In this document: one piece after another, positions 31,539 to 47,884 of the stretch
How positions within the stretch are numbered: position 1 is the first letter of the stretch
How the letters are laid out: each line of letters starts with the position of its first letter
Assembly (NCBI GenBank): GCA_016176685.1
Contig: JACOWS010000002.1
Coordinates: 94,608 to 158,607, forward strand
Origin: Patescibacteria group bacterium
GTDB lineage: Bacteria; Patescibacteriota; Minisyncoccia; Phycocordibacterales; SBAW01
Direction of reading: 5' to 3'
Length of the DNA stretch: 64,000 bases
The notes under the pieces: generated by a model
Seen by the model: the letters and a program-made list of their open reading frames with translations, nothing else
The model's database searches: none
Told to the model about the DNA's origin: nothing
Made by a program: the position numbers and the translations under genes

Positions 31539-31718
31539 ATGGAAAACTCAAGATACAGACCGGTTACCCTTGCGTGTGCTTTTATGTTGAGCGCCTATAT
31601 CGGCTTTTTGTCCGGCATGATGGTGTGGGTGGAGTTTGCATCCGCGCAGTTGAGCCTAGGCGTTGCCGCGCTTGTATGTGCGGTTATGATGGCAGCCTGG
31701 CTCACCAAGTGTATTTAA
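31539..31718 (+). CDS. 59-aa two-TM membrane protein (not in the ORF track)
   Basis: GGGAGG Shine-Dalgarno, then MENSRYRPVTLACAFMLSAYIGFLSGMMVWVEFASAQLSLGVAALVCAVMMAAWLTKCI*. Confidence 0.6.
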   Translation: MENSRYRPVTLACAFMLSAYIGFLSGMMVWVEFASAQLSLGVAALVCAVMMAAWLTKCI

Positions 31719-31777
31719 GGCACTGGCCAAGGACAGCAGCCCACGCGGGTAACACTCGCACCAGTTCGCAACGCCAA

Positions 31778-31812
31778 ACGGCGGCCCCATAGGCCGCCGT
31801 TTAATTTTTTTA
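31778..31812. terminator. Intrinsic terminator hairpin
   Basis: AACGGCGGCC-ccata-GGCCGCCGTT followed by a T-rich tract, between convergent genes. Confidence 0.7.
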
Positions 31813-31824
31813 TAACTCAATTTG

Positions 31825-38703
<6,879 letters not shown>

Positions 38704-38942
38704 AGTGTTATAGGTTACGCGAGCGAACGGTTAGTAATTGGGGCAAAACTACTTATGTAAAAAGTTGCAAGGACGTTATCCACAACCCATTAACACGAAA
38801 ATGGCGGACACATAGAGCGTCCTCCTTTGCAGGTCCTTATTTCCTCTTAGGTGGCTCCCATTGCCACTTTGTTATTATCGAAACCGAGTCACCGTTACTC
38901 AATCTCCGCCGGCTGGCGGATGCCCTCTTAGTTTCGCTACCC

Positions 38943-38970
38943 AGTATACTCGGCCCATGCAAGCTGTCAA
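38943..38970 (-). promoter_or_regulatory. Sigma70-type promoter for rpoBC
   Basis: TTGACA-16-TATACT on the minus strand, about 235 nt upstream of the start. Confidence 0.6.
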
Positions 38971-39051
38971 GAGCCGTTTCCACAACCTTGTCACCGTCTC
39001 TTAATTATGGCATAGTGACCAGCAGACAGTCTGACGCGAAAGGAACTGATC

Positions 39052-39588
39052 ATGCACGAGTTAAAACATTATACGGATCCTTTTGACTTTATCCGCTACG
39101 CTCTTTCCTGCGAGCAAAGTTATGCAGGGGGCGGCAAAGCGGCATCCGTTCCTGAAATGCCCGGGTGGAAGGGGTACGAAGTATCAGACCCAGAGCGTAA
39201 ATGGCGGTTGGTTGATCGCTACTGGGTCAACAAGAGTGGAATGTCCGGCGGCTATACCTGCATGTGGGACGGCCGTGACATAAAAATGTACATGACCCTC
39301 CAAGGGTTTTACCCAAAAGAAGCCACGCTATTTCTGCGTGAGGTTCTCAAGTTCACCCACACGCACCATAAAGAGTTCCTCGGCTTCCGTGGTGCTTCGT
39401 GGTTGTCTAGGCCAAAACTCGGCTTCATATACAAAAATCGAATGTCTTCTGCTGAGGGGTTTGATCAGCCAAGCTGCTTCCGTGGCAAAGAGGCCGTCTA
39501 CAGGATTCTTCCGTCTAGTGAAGACGACCCGACCTCTTCAGCAACCCAGGTCGGATATCACCTCTATCAAGGTGCGATGTTCGCTTAA
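39052..39588 (+). CDS. Hypothetical protein (DUF5680-like)
   Basis: SYAGGG...DRYW...SGG...FRG...FRGKE pattern resembles DUF5680 from memory; AGGA Shine-Dalgarno. Confidence 0.5.
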   Translation: MHELKHYTDPFDFIRYALSCEQSYAGGGKAASVPEMPGWKGYEVSDPERKWRLVDRYWVNKSGMSGGYTCMWDGRDIKMYMTLQGFYPKEATLFLREVLKFTHTHHKEFLGFRGASWLSRPKLGFIYKNRMSSAEGFDQPSCFRGKEAVYRILPSSEDDPTSSATQVGYHLYQGAMFA

Positions 39589-39592
39589 AAAT

Positions 39593-39622
39593 AGAGCCGG
39601 AGCGCATTTGCGCTCCGGCTCT
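39593..39622. terminator. Hairpin between convergent genes
   Basis: AGAGCCGGAGCGCA-tt-TGCGCTCCGGCTCT. Confidence 0.7.
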
Positions 39623-39676
39623 CAATATTTCTACTAAATTTCTACCAATTTATAAAAACTTTACACAAAACTAGTC

Positions 39677-39714
39677 TTTACCATATATACCGCTATAGCA
39701 TTGTTTATGGTAAA
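39677..39714. repeat. 38-bp quasi-palindromic repeat, type B, downstream of PaaX-like gene 2
   Basis: TTTACCATA-tatacc-GCTATAGC-attgtt-TATGGTAAA; 35/38 identical to 40324-40361. Confidence 0.9.
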
Positions 39715-39727
39715 TACCTTGTTGCAT

Positions 39728-40315
39728 TTATTCTAAATCAAAATGCTGTTTAAGGTGTTTATCGTTCTCTAATCCTTCCGCAATGATATATAGAATGCCC
39801 GACCCAAGCTTTAGATCACTCCGTATGAATGCAATAAGTTCTTCGCAGGGATACGGGTGTACCCAGACGCTGTCTTGCAACATATAAAATCCAGCTTTCT
39901 TAAGGATGTTTCGCAACCGCTCTCGAACTTGCTTGCGTTTCTCCCACACATCAAAAATGACCACCCTCCATTTTCCATCCCATCGACGCGGCTGGCGAAT
40001 TTCTATACGACGGACAACCTCAAGCCGTTCGGCAAATTTCTCACCCTTTGTGGTCAATAGTATTCTCCACTCCTTCCCTTTTCCTTCTTGCTGAACAAGA
40101 CCACGAGACTCTAGACGTCTTACAGCTTGTTGGATACGATACCCAGGCTTACGTTTTTTTGCGAGGTCTGGATCAATGCGCTTTAACAGCCTGAGAGTGT
40201 TTGGAGCTAGTAGCACCATAGAAAGTGCGGCCGCACTGTACAGAGCAAGGACGAGGCCATCCTGTACTCGAACTCGTTTAGTAATTTTTCGGCTTCGCTC
40301 CTCTAACTGCCCCAT
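39728..40315 (-). CDS. PaaX-like regulator: winged HTH plus Cas2-like domain, copy 2
   Basis: AVRRLESRGLV...LTTKG; WDGKWRVVIFDV...LQDSVWVHP. Confidence 0.85.
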   Translation of the reverse strand: MGQLEERSRKITKRVRVQDGLVLALYSAAALSMVLLAPNTLRLLKRIDPDLAKKRKPGYRIQQAVRRLESRGLVQQEGKGKEWRILLTTKGEKFAERLEVVRRIEIRQPRRWDGKWRVVIFDVWEKRKQVRERLRNILKKAGFYMLQDSVWVHPYPCEELIAFIRSDLKLGSGILYIIAEGLENDKHLKQHFDLE

Positions 40316-40323
40316 CACTCCAG

Positions 40324-40361
40324 TTTACCATATATACCGCTATAGCATAAATTATGGTAAA
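40324..40361. repeat. 38-bp repeat, type B, upstream of PaaX-like gene 2
   Basis: TTTACCATA-tatacc-GCTATAGC-ataaat-TATGGTAAA, 8 nt before the ATG. Confidence 0.9.
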
Positions 40362-40410
40362 TATGTTTTGATTTAGATTGTAACTGTAAAAACTATAGCC
40401 ATTGAGCTAC

Positions 40411-41088
40411 CTATGCAGGCTTGCTGCGCTTTTTTTGCTTCCAGCTATCCATGTTGGCGTGGTGGCCGGAAAGGAGCACTTTGGGGACCCGGTACGACTT
40501 CCCTCTTACCTTCAAAGCTTCTGGGCGGGTATATACATCGTGGCTGGCTACTCGCGACTCTTCCAGTGACTCAAACTTCCCCAACACACCCTTAAGTTGG
40601 CGTGCTGTGGCGTCTATAACAGCTAGTGCTGGCACCTCGCCGCCGGTCAAAATGTAGGGACCTACAGACACTTCCTGTGCTTTTAGTATCTTTTTTGCAC
40701 GTGCATCGATACCCTCATATCGGCCACAGACAATGATGACATCTTTTTGTTTAGTAAGTTCTTTGGCGTAAGCGTTTGTCAGAGGTTTGCCGCCTGCCGC
40801 GGTGATAATCACCTTGGCGCGAGGCTTGTTCTCTTTTATCTTACGCACCGCCGCTAGTATCGGTTCGGCGCGCAAAACCATACCCGGGCCGCCGCCGTAG
40901 GGACGCCCGTCTACTTTGCCCCACTTGTTGCCTGCAAAGTCGCGCAATTGGTAGGTTTTAACCGACAAAATTTTCTCCCGCCGGGCAGAGCTCTCTGGGC
41001 GGCGCCTTTTTTGCGCGCGGCCCAAAATAGACGCGCTCGTATACGCCTCTATTACTTTGGGAAAAAGAGTGACGACGTGAAAATTCAC
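40411..41088 (-). CDS. trmD: tRNA (guanine-N1)-methyltransferase
   Basis: RPYGGGPGMV, CGRYEGIDAR, ILTGGE, VLLSGHH. Confidence 0.95.
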   Translation of the reverse strand: MNFHVVTLFPKVIEAYTSASILGRAQKRRRPESSARREKILSVKTYQLRDFAGNKWGKVDGRPYGGGPGMVLRAEPILAAVRKIKENKPRAKVIITAAGGKPLTNAYAKELTKQKDVIIVCGRYEGIDARAKKILKAQEVSVGPYILTGGEVPALAVIDATARQLKGVLGKFESLEESRVASHDVYTRPEALKVRGKSYRVPKVLLSGHHANMDSWKQKKRSKPA

Positions 41089-41112
41089 GTGTTATTTAAT
41101 ACCACAAAAAAA

Positions 41113-41481
41113 CTAGAGTTTCAAGTCTTCCATCGCTTCATCGACAGATTTCATCGAGGGGGATGCGGGCTTCTCGTGGGAGCCGTCCCATCCTTCGCCA
41201 GTCTCCTTTTCGCCCCCAACAAAACGAGTGCTCCCTGCGGGCTCGTTTATTTTGAGGTTTACTCGGGCATTGTGCTTCATGCCAACCACGCGCAAAAGCG
41301 TACGTATAGCTTTGGCGGTATTGCCGGAGCGGCCTATCACCTTGCCCATGTCTTCCGGATTAAGGTCGAGAGCCAAAAGAACGCCCATCTCGTCGACGGT
41401 GCGGTTGATTTTGACATCGTCCGGATGCTCAACCAGCCCTTTTACCACAAACTCCAAAAAATCTTGGTCTCTCTCTGCCAT
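41113..41481 (-). CDS. khpA: KH-domain RNA-binding protein
   Basis: DMGKVIGRSGNTAKAIRTLL, located between rpsP and trmD. Confidence 0.85.
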   Translation of the reverse strand: MAERDQDFLEFVVKGLVEHPDDVKINRTVDEMGVLLALDLNPEDMGKVIGRSGNTAKAIRTLLRVVGMKHNARVNLKINEPAGSTRFVGGEKETGEGWDGSHEKPASPSMKSVDEAMEDLKL

Positions 41482-41519
41482 CACAGTATATTTAGTTAAA
41501 TAAAAGTACCTCTTATATT

Positions 41520-41864
41520 CTATTGAGTGGGAGTCTCTTCGGCAACCGCGTTATCCACTGCGGGGGCTTGCGCATCCTTGCCTTCCATGGCTTTCGCATA
41601 GGATGGGAGCACGTTTATTTTTTTGGCGTCTATAATTTTTTGCGAGACCAGCAGATTATGCACCGTGTCGCTTGTTTGCGCGCCGTGCGCCATCCAGTGT
41701 TTGATACGCTCAATTTTAAGGTCAACCCGGTCACTGCGCGAGTCGTAGGAGCCCACCATTTCGAGATAATTGCCGGTCTTTGGTTTTTTCTTTGAGTCAA
41801 CTACAATAACCCGAAAACTCGGGTCATTTTTGCGGCCAACGCGGCTGAGGCGGATCATGAGCAT
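41520..41864 (-). CDS. rpsP: 30S ribosomal protein S16
   Basis: MLMIRLSRVGRKNDPSFRVIV...GAQTSDTV. Confidence 0.95.
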   Translation of the reverse strand: MLMIRLSRVGRKNDPSFRVIVVDSKKKPKTGNYLEMVGSYDSRSDRVDLKIERIKHWMAHGAQTSDTVHNLLVSQKIIDAKKINVLPSYAKAMEGKDAQAPAVDNAVAEETPTQ

Positions 41865-41905
41865 GTGCGCGACACTGTAGCATACTCATGCTATAGTGGC
41901 AAGAA

Positions 41906-43861
41906 GTGACGCATAATAAGGATTCTTCGGAGAAGAAGAGTATCTCCGGCATTATTGAAATAACCCGCCGCGGCGTAGGGTACGTACCTTTTAGCGCGAA
42001 AACTACAAAGGGTAGTAAATCTCTCGAGGACATCGAAATCCATACAGAAGACCTGGCTGGTGCCTTAAATGGCGACGAAGTGGAAGTAGCGGTGTCAAAC
42101 CTATTTCCACGCCCCAAGGGCTTTGTAATACGCGTAGTGGCGAGGGTAAAAGAGGATTTTGTCTGTACACTTAAAAAAGAGGGCGCGGTGATGTTTGCAT
42201 TGCCGGATGATAAAAAGTTTTATAAACCAATTCTACTAAAAAAAGTTCCGCCGTATGCCGAGGGAGAAAAGGTGCTGGTGCACCTGCTCTCTTTTGACGG
42301 AAAGACGGACCCGCTCGGGAGTGTGACCGAACACTTGGGCCGTGCGGGAGAACATCGCGTAGAGATGAACGCGATAGTTTTGGAAAAAGGATTTGCCACC
42401 CGCTTCCCTGAAGTGGTTCTGAAAGAGGCGCGAGAGATAGAGCGCACCCACAAAAAAACAATTCAAGAAGAGGCGCGCGTGCGCACCGACTTCCGCGACA
42501 CCCCGACCTTTACCATCGACCCCGCGGATGCAAAAGACTTTGACGATGCGCTTTCTTTTGTGGCACTCCAAGACGGCACGTTTGAGGTCGGGGTGCACAT
42601 TGCCGATGTCACTCACTTTGTGCGCCCCGGCATGGCGCTTGAGGAAGAGGTGGTTAAACGCGGCACGAGTGTCTACCTGGTTGACTCGACCATACCCATG
42701 CTCCCGTTTGAGTTGTCGGCCGGTGTATGCAGTTTAAAACCAGGCGAGGACCGACTCGCCTTCTCTGCTATCTTTCGCCTCAACGACCAAGGAAAGGTGC
42801 TTTCTAGGCGGTTTGAAAAGACAATTATCCGCTCACACAAACGCTTTAGTTACGAAGAGGCTCAATCGGTTCTCAACTCCGGCAAAGGGCACTTTGCCGC
42901 AGAGCTCTGCACCTTGCGACACCTTGCGCGCATCTTGCGCAAAGGTCGCGAGCAAAAAGGAGCTATAGACTTTGGCGACAACGAGGTGCGCTTTACCCTG
43001 GATGAACACGGCAAGCCGATCAGCGTGGTGCGCAAAGAGCGGCTAGAGACCATGCAGCTTATAGAGGAGTTTATGCTCCTGGCCAATCGCGCGGTGGCGG
43101 AGCATATACACGAGCTGGCTTCGAAGGTGCCTGAAAAGAGGATGGTGTTTCTCTACCGGATACACGACGAGCCGAAAGAAGACCGGATAGAGGAACTCGC
43201 CACTTTTGTGCGAGCTATTGGGTATGAGTTTGGGCAGCACAAAAAAACGCCAAGCGCCAAAGACATCGCTAAACTTTTAAAAGATATAGCCGGCAAGCCG
43301 GAAGAGCACTTGATACGCACGGCAACCCTGCGCTCGATGGCCAAGGCCATTTACTCGACCAAAAACATCGGGCACTTCGGCCTGGCTTTTGAACACTATA
43401 CGCACTTCACCTCGCCTATACGCCGCTACCCCGACATGCTGGCACATAGGATACTAGCTTCACACTTAAGCGGTGCCCCGATTGAGCGGCAAGAGTTTGC
43501 CGACCTAGAAAAGAAGTGCGTTGCCGCTTCCCTTTCCGAGGCAAAAGCGGTTGACGCAGAGCGCGAGTCTATACGCTACAAACAGGTGGAGTATATGGGC
43601 ACAAAAATTGGCCAAATGTTTGATGCCGTCATCTCCGGCGTTACAGACTGGGGACTGTATGTCGAAGAAAAAGGCAGCGCCGCCGAGGGGTTGGTGCGCA
43701 TCTCTACCATCGGCAGGGAGTTTTACCGCCACGACCCCAAAAAGTACGCCATTGTCGGCGAGCGTACTAAAACTAAATATACGTTGGGCGACCGTGTGCG
43801 GGTCAAGTTGGTGGCGGCAGACCTCTCCGCCCGCACGCTAGATTTTGAGTTAGGTAGGTAG
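41906..43861 (+). CDS. rnr: Ribonuclease R
   Basis: TIDPADAKDFDDA, IEEFMLLAN, HFTSPIRRYPD, C-terminal S1 domain. Confidence 0.93.
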   Translation: MTHNKDSSEKKSISGIIEITRRGVGYVPFSAKTTKGSKSLEDIEIHTEDLAGALNGDEVEVAVSNLFPRPKGFVIRVVARVKEDFVCTLKKEGAVMFALPDDKKFYKPILLKKVPPYAEGEKVLVHLLSFDGKTDPLGSVTEHLGRAGEHRVEMNAIVLEKGFATRFPEVVLKEAREIERTHKKTIQEEARVRTDFRDTPTFTIDPADAKDFDDALSFVALQDGTFEVGVHIADVTHFVRPGMALEEEVVKRGTSVYLVDSTIPMLPFELSAGVCSLKPGEDRLAFSAIFRLNDQGKVLSRRFEKTIIRSHKRFSYEEAQSVLNSGKGHFAAELCTLRHLARILRKGREQKGAIDFGDNEVRFTLDEHGKPISVVRKERLETMQLIEEFMLLANRAVAEHIHELASKVPEKRMVFLYRIHDEPKEDRIEELATFVRAIGYEFGQHKKTPSAKDIAKLLKDIAGKPEEHLIRTATLRSMAKAIYSTKNIGHFGLAFEHYTHFTSPIRRYPDMLAHRILASHLSGAPIERQEFADLEKKCVAASLSEAKAVDAERESIRYKQVEYMGTKIGQMFDAVISGVTDWGLYVEEKGSAAEGLVRISTIGREFYRHDPKKYAIVGERTKTKYTLGDRVRVKLVAADLSARTLDFELGR

Positions 43862-43937
43862 TTGGGCGGAAAAGTCCTCCGTGCAGGAGTAGGGCTCTTG
43901 TTTATCTCTCCGGAGCGGAGGACTTTTCCGCCCAACT
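43860..43937. repeat. Palindromic element between convergent rnr and smc (22-bp perfect arms)
   Basis: AGTTGGGCGGAAAAGTCCTCCG / CGGAGGACTTTTCCGCCCAACT; core shared with 27380-27455. Confidence 0.8.
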
Positions 43938-46180
43938 TATTTCGCTACGGCGAGCGCTTCTTCGAATTTTACTGAAAGGAGTTTGGATGCACCATCGGTG
44001 CCCATGGTGATGCCGTAGAGGACGCCGGCACGCGACATTGTCTCGCGATTGTGGGTTATCAAAATGAGCTGTGACTTCTTCGCCAAATTTTCTATCATAT
44101 CGCCGTAGCGGCGGCTGTTGGCCTCGTCCAGTGCCGCATCTGTCTCGTCGAGTATCAAAAACGGCGGTGGATTGACCTGGCTCATGGCAAAAATGAGCGC
44201 GATGGAGGTAAGCGCGCGCTCTCCTCCCGAGAGCGCGTTGAGACCTTTGAGGCGCTTGTGCGGGAGGTTAACCGCAATGTCCACCCCCTCTTCCACAGCA
44301 ACATCCTCTTCGTCATCATTAAGGTTCGACCTTACATCAAGGCTCCCCAAGGTCGAACCTTTTCGTAATCTTTTCTCCTTTACGACAGAAAGCGTGGCGC
44401 TCCCGCCGCCAAACATCAGTTTAAAAAACGCGTCAAACTCCCTGTTGATTTTTTTAATACCTTCTACAAAACGGGTCTCTAGTGTGTCGGTAAGATTGCC
44501 GATAAGTGCGTGGAGTTTTTCGCTCGAGGTCTCTAGGTCGGCCAACTCGCGGGCAAGAAACTGGTCGCGCTTTGTGGTGTCCTGGTACTCTTTAAGCACC
44601 TCCGCTCCCCCTCCAGCGCCAAGCCCTTCGAGTTTTATTTTCATCCTCTCAAGCGCCCTTCGTCTGCCTTCTTGTTTTGTACGTGACTCTTCCATTATTT
44701 CTGCAGTACCAACCTCCTCACCTCCCGCGGCGCTGATGCGGTAAGATTCGTACTCTAAAATTTCGCGCCCCAACAGCACTCCCGCTTCGGTAAACTCGGC
44801 CTTAAACGCCGCCTGGTCGCGCGCCAACATCTCCCCCTTGGCGCGCAAGCCCACCAATTGTGCCTCAAGCTCTCCGCGGCGAGCCATTGCCTCAAACAAT
44901 TCCCTCTGGGCCTCGTTTGCCGCGTCTTTCTCACTTTCTATACGGCGGCGCAGTGCGGCGACCTCAACCACCATGCGCTCTTCAACATTACCGATGTCGC
45001 AGAGCTCTTTTTCAAGTACGCGCTTTCTTTTTGCCAGTTCTTCGCCCTCTTTGGCGGGGACGTCCAGCGCCGTGATGCGTCCCACAAAATCTTTGGCGAT
45101 AGCGATGAGTGTTTTTATACGGTTGGTAAGTTCCGCGCCTTCAAGCGAGAGTGCTTCGCTAAGACCCTGCTCTACCTGCGTCGCAAATGCGCGTGTTTCC
45201 GCCGCTGGTACCTGCCCCTCTTGGTGCGCCACAAGGCGAGTGTGTGCGGCAAGCTCGCCCTCGATGCGGCCAAGCTCGCGGGTAACCGCCTCTTTGCGCT
45301 CACGTGCGGTGCGACCTCGAGCCTCAAGCGCTATAAGCTCCTTGGTATCCCTGTCACCACCTTTCTTTCCGCTAAGTTCTTCGCGCAAGCCGGCAATGCG
45401 TTGGTCGAGCGCCGCGCGCTCGGCAAGAGGAACTTCGTTTGCATCAGCCAATTCCTGCCCAACTTTTGCAATATAGACACTTTCCCGCTTAAGATACTCG
45501 GCATAAGCGCTGACGAGTGTATCGCGTAGTTCTTTCGCCTCTTCAATTTTTTTTACCTGGGCGGCAAGAAACTTTATGTGTGGCATAAGTTCGCGACGCA
45601 AGCTTGCCACCTCGCGCATATTTTCTGCAGTTTTTGCCATCTTGCGCTCGGCCTCTTCTCTCTTATATAGGTATGCGGTTAAACCAAGTGCATCCTCTAG
45701 CATCTCCCGACGCTCGCGGGTAGAGGCTAAGAGCGCGCGGTCTGCCTCGCCTTGTGAGATGATGTGGTGTCCCGTGCCGCCTATGTTGGCCTGCGACAAG
45801 AGCTCGGCTATGTCGCGCAGACGCACCTGCGAATTATTCAACAGGTAGTCGTTGACGCCGTCGCGGTGGACCACGCGTTCTATCACCACCTCGTCAAAGT
45901 CGAGGTTTAACCCGCGGTCGTGGTTGTCAAAGGTGAGCTTAACGCTTGCGCGGCCGGCGCGTGGCGAGCTTGTCGAACCATTCCATATCAAATCTTCTCC
46001 GCGCCGGCCGCGCATCGACTTCATCGACTGCTCGCCCAGGCAAAAGCGAAATGCCTCCGCAATGTTGCTCTTGCCGGAGCCGTTTGGGCCGACTATGCCG
46101 GTGACCGCGGACCCAAACTGTAGTTGGGTCTTTTTAACAAACGACTTGAACCCCGCGAGCTCTACCGACTTCAATCGCAT
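43937..46180 (-). CDS. smc: Short SMC-family chromosome segregation ATPase (747 aa)
   Basis: GFKSF, GPNGSGKSN, ISQG, LSGGE, LDETDAALD, ITH. Confidence 0.88.
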   Translation of the reverse strand: MRLKSVELAGFKSFVKKTQLQFGSAVTGIVGPNGSGKSNIAEAFRFCLGEQSMKSMRGRRGEDLIWNGSTSSPRAGRASVKLTFDNHDRGLNLDFDEVVIERVVHRDGVNDYLLNNSQVRLRDIAELLSQANIGGTGHHIISQGEADRALLASTRERREMLEDALGLTAYLYKREEAERKMAKTAENMREVASLRRELMPHIKFLAAQVKKIEEAKELRDTLVSAYAEYLKRESVYIAKVGQELADANEVPLAERAALDQRIAGLREELSGKKGGDRDTKELIALEARGRTARERKEAVTRELGRIEGELAAHTRLVAHQEGQVPAAETRAFATQVEQGLSEALSLEGAELTNRIKTLIAIAKDFVGRITALDVPAKEGEELAKRKRVLEKELCDIGNVEERMVVEVAALRRRIESEKDAANEAQRELFEAMARRGELEAQLVGLRAKGEMLARDQAAFKAEFTEAGVLLGREILEYESYRISAAGGEEVGTAEIMEESRTKQEGRRRALERMKIKLEGLGAGGGAEVLKEYQDTTKRDQFLARELADLETSSEKLHALIGNLTDTLETRFVEGIKKINREFDAFFKLMFGGGSATLSVVKEKRLRKGSTLGSLDVRSNLNDDEEDVAVEEGVDIAVNLPHKRLKGLNALSGGERALTSIALIFAMSQVNPPPFLILDETDAALDEANSRRYGDMIENLAKKSQLILITHNRETMSRAGVLYGITMGTDGASKLLSVKFEEALAVAK

Positions 46181-46193
46181 GGTATGTATGGTA

Positions 46194-46895
46194 TCACCAC
46201 CCTTTTTCCTCAAGCGCATTTTGAGACGCGTCTTGCTCGGCCTCTTGTTTGCTTTTGCCGCTCCCTTCCGCCAAGAGCATATTTTTGACATACACTCCCA
46301 CGACAAACACTTTGTCGTGGTCTGGGCCGGTCTCGCGGATAACCGAGTAAAAAGGAGTGGCTCCTTCGGCTTCTTGCACTTTTTCCTGCAGGGTAGACTT
46401 GGAGTCGCGCCAAAGATTTTTCTTCACTATTTCGTCAATTTTTACCAGGAGATGCGCGGTGATAAAGTTTTTTGCCGCATCATATCCCTGGTCTAGGTAA
46501 ATGGCGCCGATGAGCGCCTCAAATGCGTTGGCAAGGAGCACTCCGCGCGCGCGGCCCTGGTCTTTTGCCTCGCCGCGCGACAAGAGTAAAAAGTCGTTCA
46601 TTTTTATGTCGTTTGCCACCGCGGCGCAGGTCACTGCATTAACCAAAGCCGCGCGATAGGCGGTCAGATCCCCCTCGGTTTTTTCCGGAAATTTATTGTA
46701 CAAAAAATGTGTTGAGACAAGCTCAAGCACCGCATCTCCCAAAAACTCTAAGCGCTCGTTGTGCTCAAGCGCTTCGCCGCGATGCTCGTTTAAGTAGGAG
46801 CGGTGCGTAAACGCCTGCCGCAAGAGCGCCGGGTTTTTAAACGTGAGGTTAAGACTGTGTGCAAAGGTATGTATGTCGCCCTGGGTGTCGTTCAT
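46194..46895 (-). CDS. rnc: Ribonuclease III
   Basis: NERLEFLGDAVL signature plus dsRBD. Confidence 0.95.
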   Translation of the reverse strand: MNDTQGDIHTFAHSLNLTFKNPALLRQAFTHRSYLNEHRGEALEHNERLEFLGDAVLELVSTHFLYNKFPEKTEGDLTAYRAALVNAVTCAAVANDIKMNDFLLLSRGEAKDQGRARGVLLANAFEALIGAIYLDQGYDAAKNFITAHLLVKIDEIVKKNLWRDSKSTLQEKVQEAEGATPFYSVIRETGPDHDKVFVVGVYVKNMLLAEGSGKSKQEAEQDASQNALEEKGW

Positions 46896-47812
46896 GTCTT
46901 TTTGCCTGTCCGTGCTGGCTTTTGATTATCGTGTAACAACTGCATTGCTTTGGTTACAATTGGGAGCACATCATCGTAAAAGTTAAGTTCGAGAGCGTCG
47001 TGGAGTTTAAACCAGCGGGCATCGTCGAGCCCGCCGGTTTGTTTAAGCGTGATTTCCGAAAAAGGCGACTCTGCCAAAAAGTATGTCACCTGTTTGCGTT
47101 TTTTACCCACCTCGGGGTCGGAGGCGATATACTCGTTCTCGCCCACCTTGTGTTTGATGGTGATGTCGAGATTCATCTCCTCTTTTATCTCGCGCACGGT
47201 GGCTTGCTCGACCTCTTCATTTTCCTCGATACGGCCCTTGGAAAGCGTCCAGTGCCCAAAGATGTCATGCACGAGTGCGAGATACAACTCGCCCTGGTGT
47301 TTCGCATAGACTATCGCTCCGCCCAGGCGCTCGAGCGGCATCTGCTCGTACGGGACCGTCTTTTTCTTTTTTGAAGTTTCGTCCTTGCCGGGCTCGCCGA
47401 GCTCTTTGTATACCGCTCCCAACACCCCGTTGACAAAACGGCCGCTGTTTTCGCCGCCAAAACTTTTGGCAAGTTCTATGGCCTCGTTGATAGCCACTTT
47501 GGCCGGCACCTTGTCGCGGTCGGCAAACAAGAGCTCAAAGAGCCCGAGCCGCAAAACATTCCTGTCGACCGGTGCGATACGCGCAAGCGGCCACTCGGGG
47601 GCCGCTTTTTCTATCACGAGGTCAAGGTCGCCACGGCGCTCGATAACTCCTTTTAAAAGGTCGGCCATAAAAGCCGAGTCACCCGCCGCAGGAGCGAACT
47701 CCGCCGTGTTACGCAGAAGCGACTCGTGAGCAGAGGCGCTGGTGGCATTGCGGAAGTCCCACTCGAAGAGCGATTGTAGGACGACCGATCTTGAAAGGTG
47801 CCTGTTTGCCAT
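46892..47812 (-). CDS. nusB: NusB fused to a C-terminal Nudix hydrolase domain
   Basis: DRNVLRL...INEAIELAK.F...FVNGVLG, then Nudix box GRIEENEEVEQATVREIKEEMNL. Confidence 0.9.
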   Translation of the reverse strand: MANRHLSRSVVLQSLFEWDFRNATSASAHESLLRNTAEFAPAAGDSAFMADLLKGVIERRGDLDLVIEKAAPEWPLARIAPVDRNVLRLGLFELLFADRDKVPAKVAINEAIELAKSFGGENSGRFVNGVLGAVYKELGEPGKDETSKKKKTVPYEQMPLERLGGAIVYAKHQGELYLALVHDIFGHWTLSKGRIEENEEVEQATVREIKEEMNLDITIKHKVGENEYIASDPEVGKKRKQVTYFLAESPFSEITLKQTGGLDDARWFKLHDALELNFYDDVLPIVTKAMQLLHDNQKPARTGKKT

Positions 47813-47884
47813 TGTTTTTAAAGAGCTCCTCTACCTCCACTCCCCCGCACAAAGAAACAAAGCCGACGCTCCGGTCTGCTGTAG

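Noticed and set aside
38776-38784. Perfect DnaA box TTATCCACA upstream of rpoBC as a replication origin
   Set aside because: Single box, no cluster and no dnaA nearby; a regulatory role cannot be supported from sequence alone
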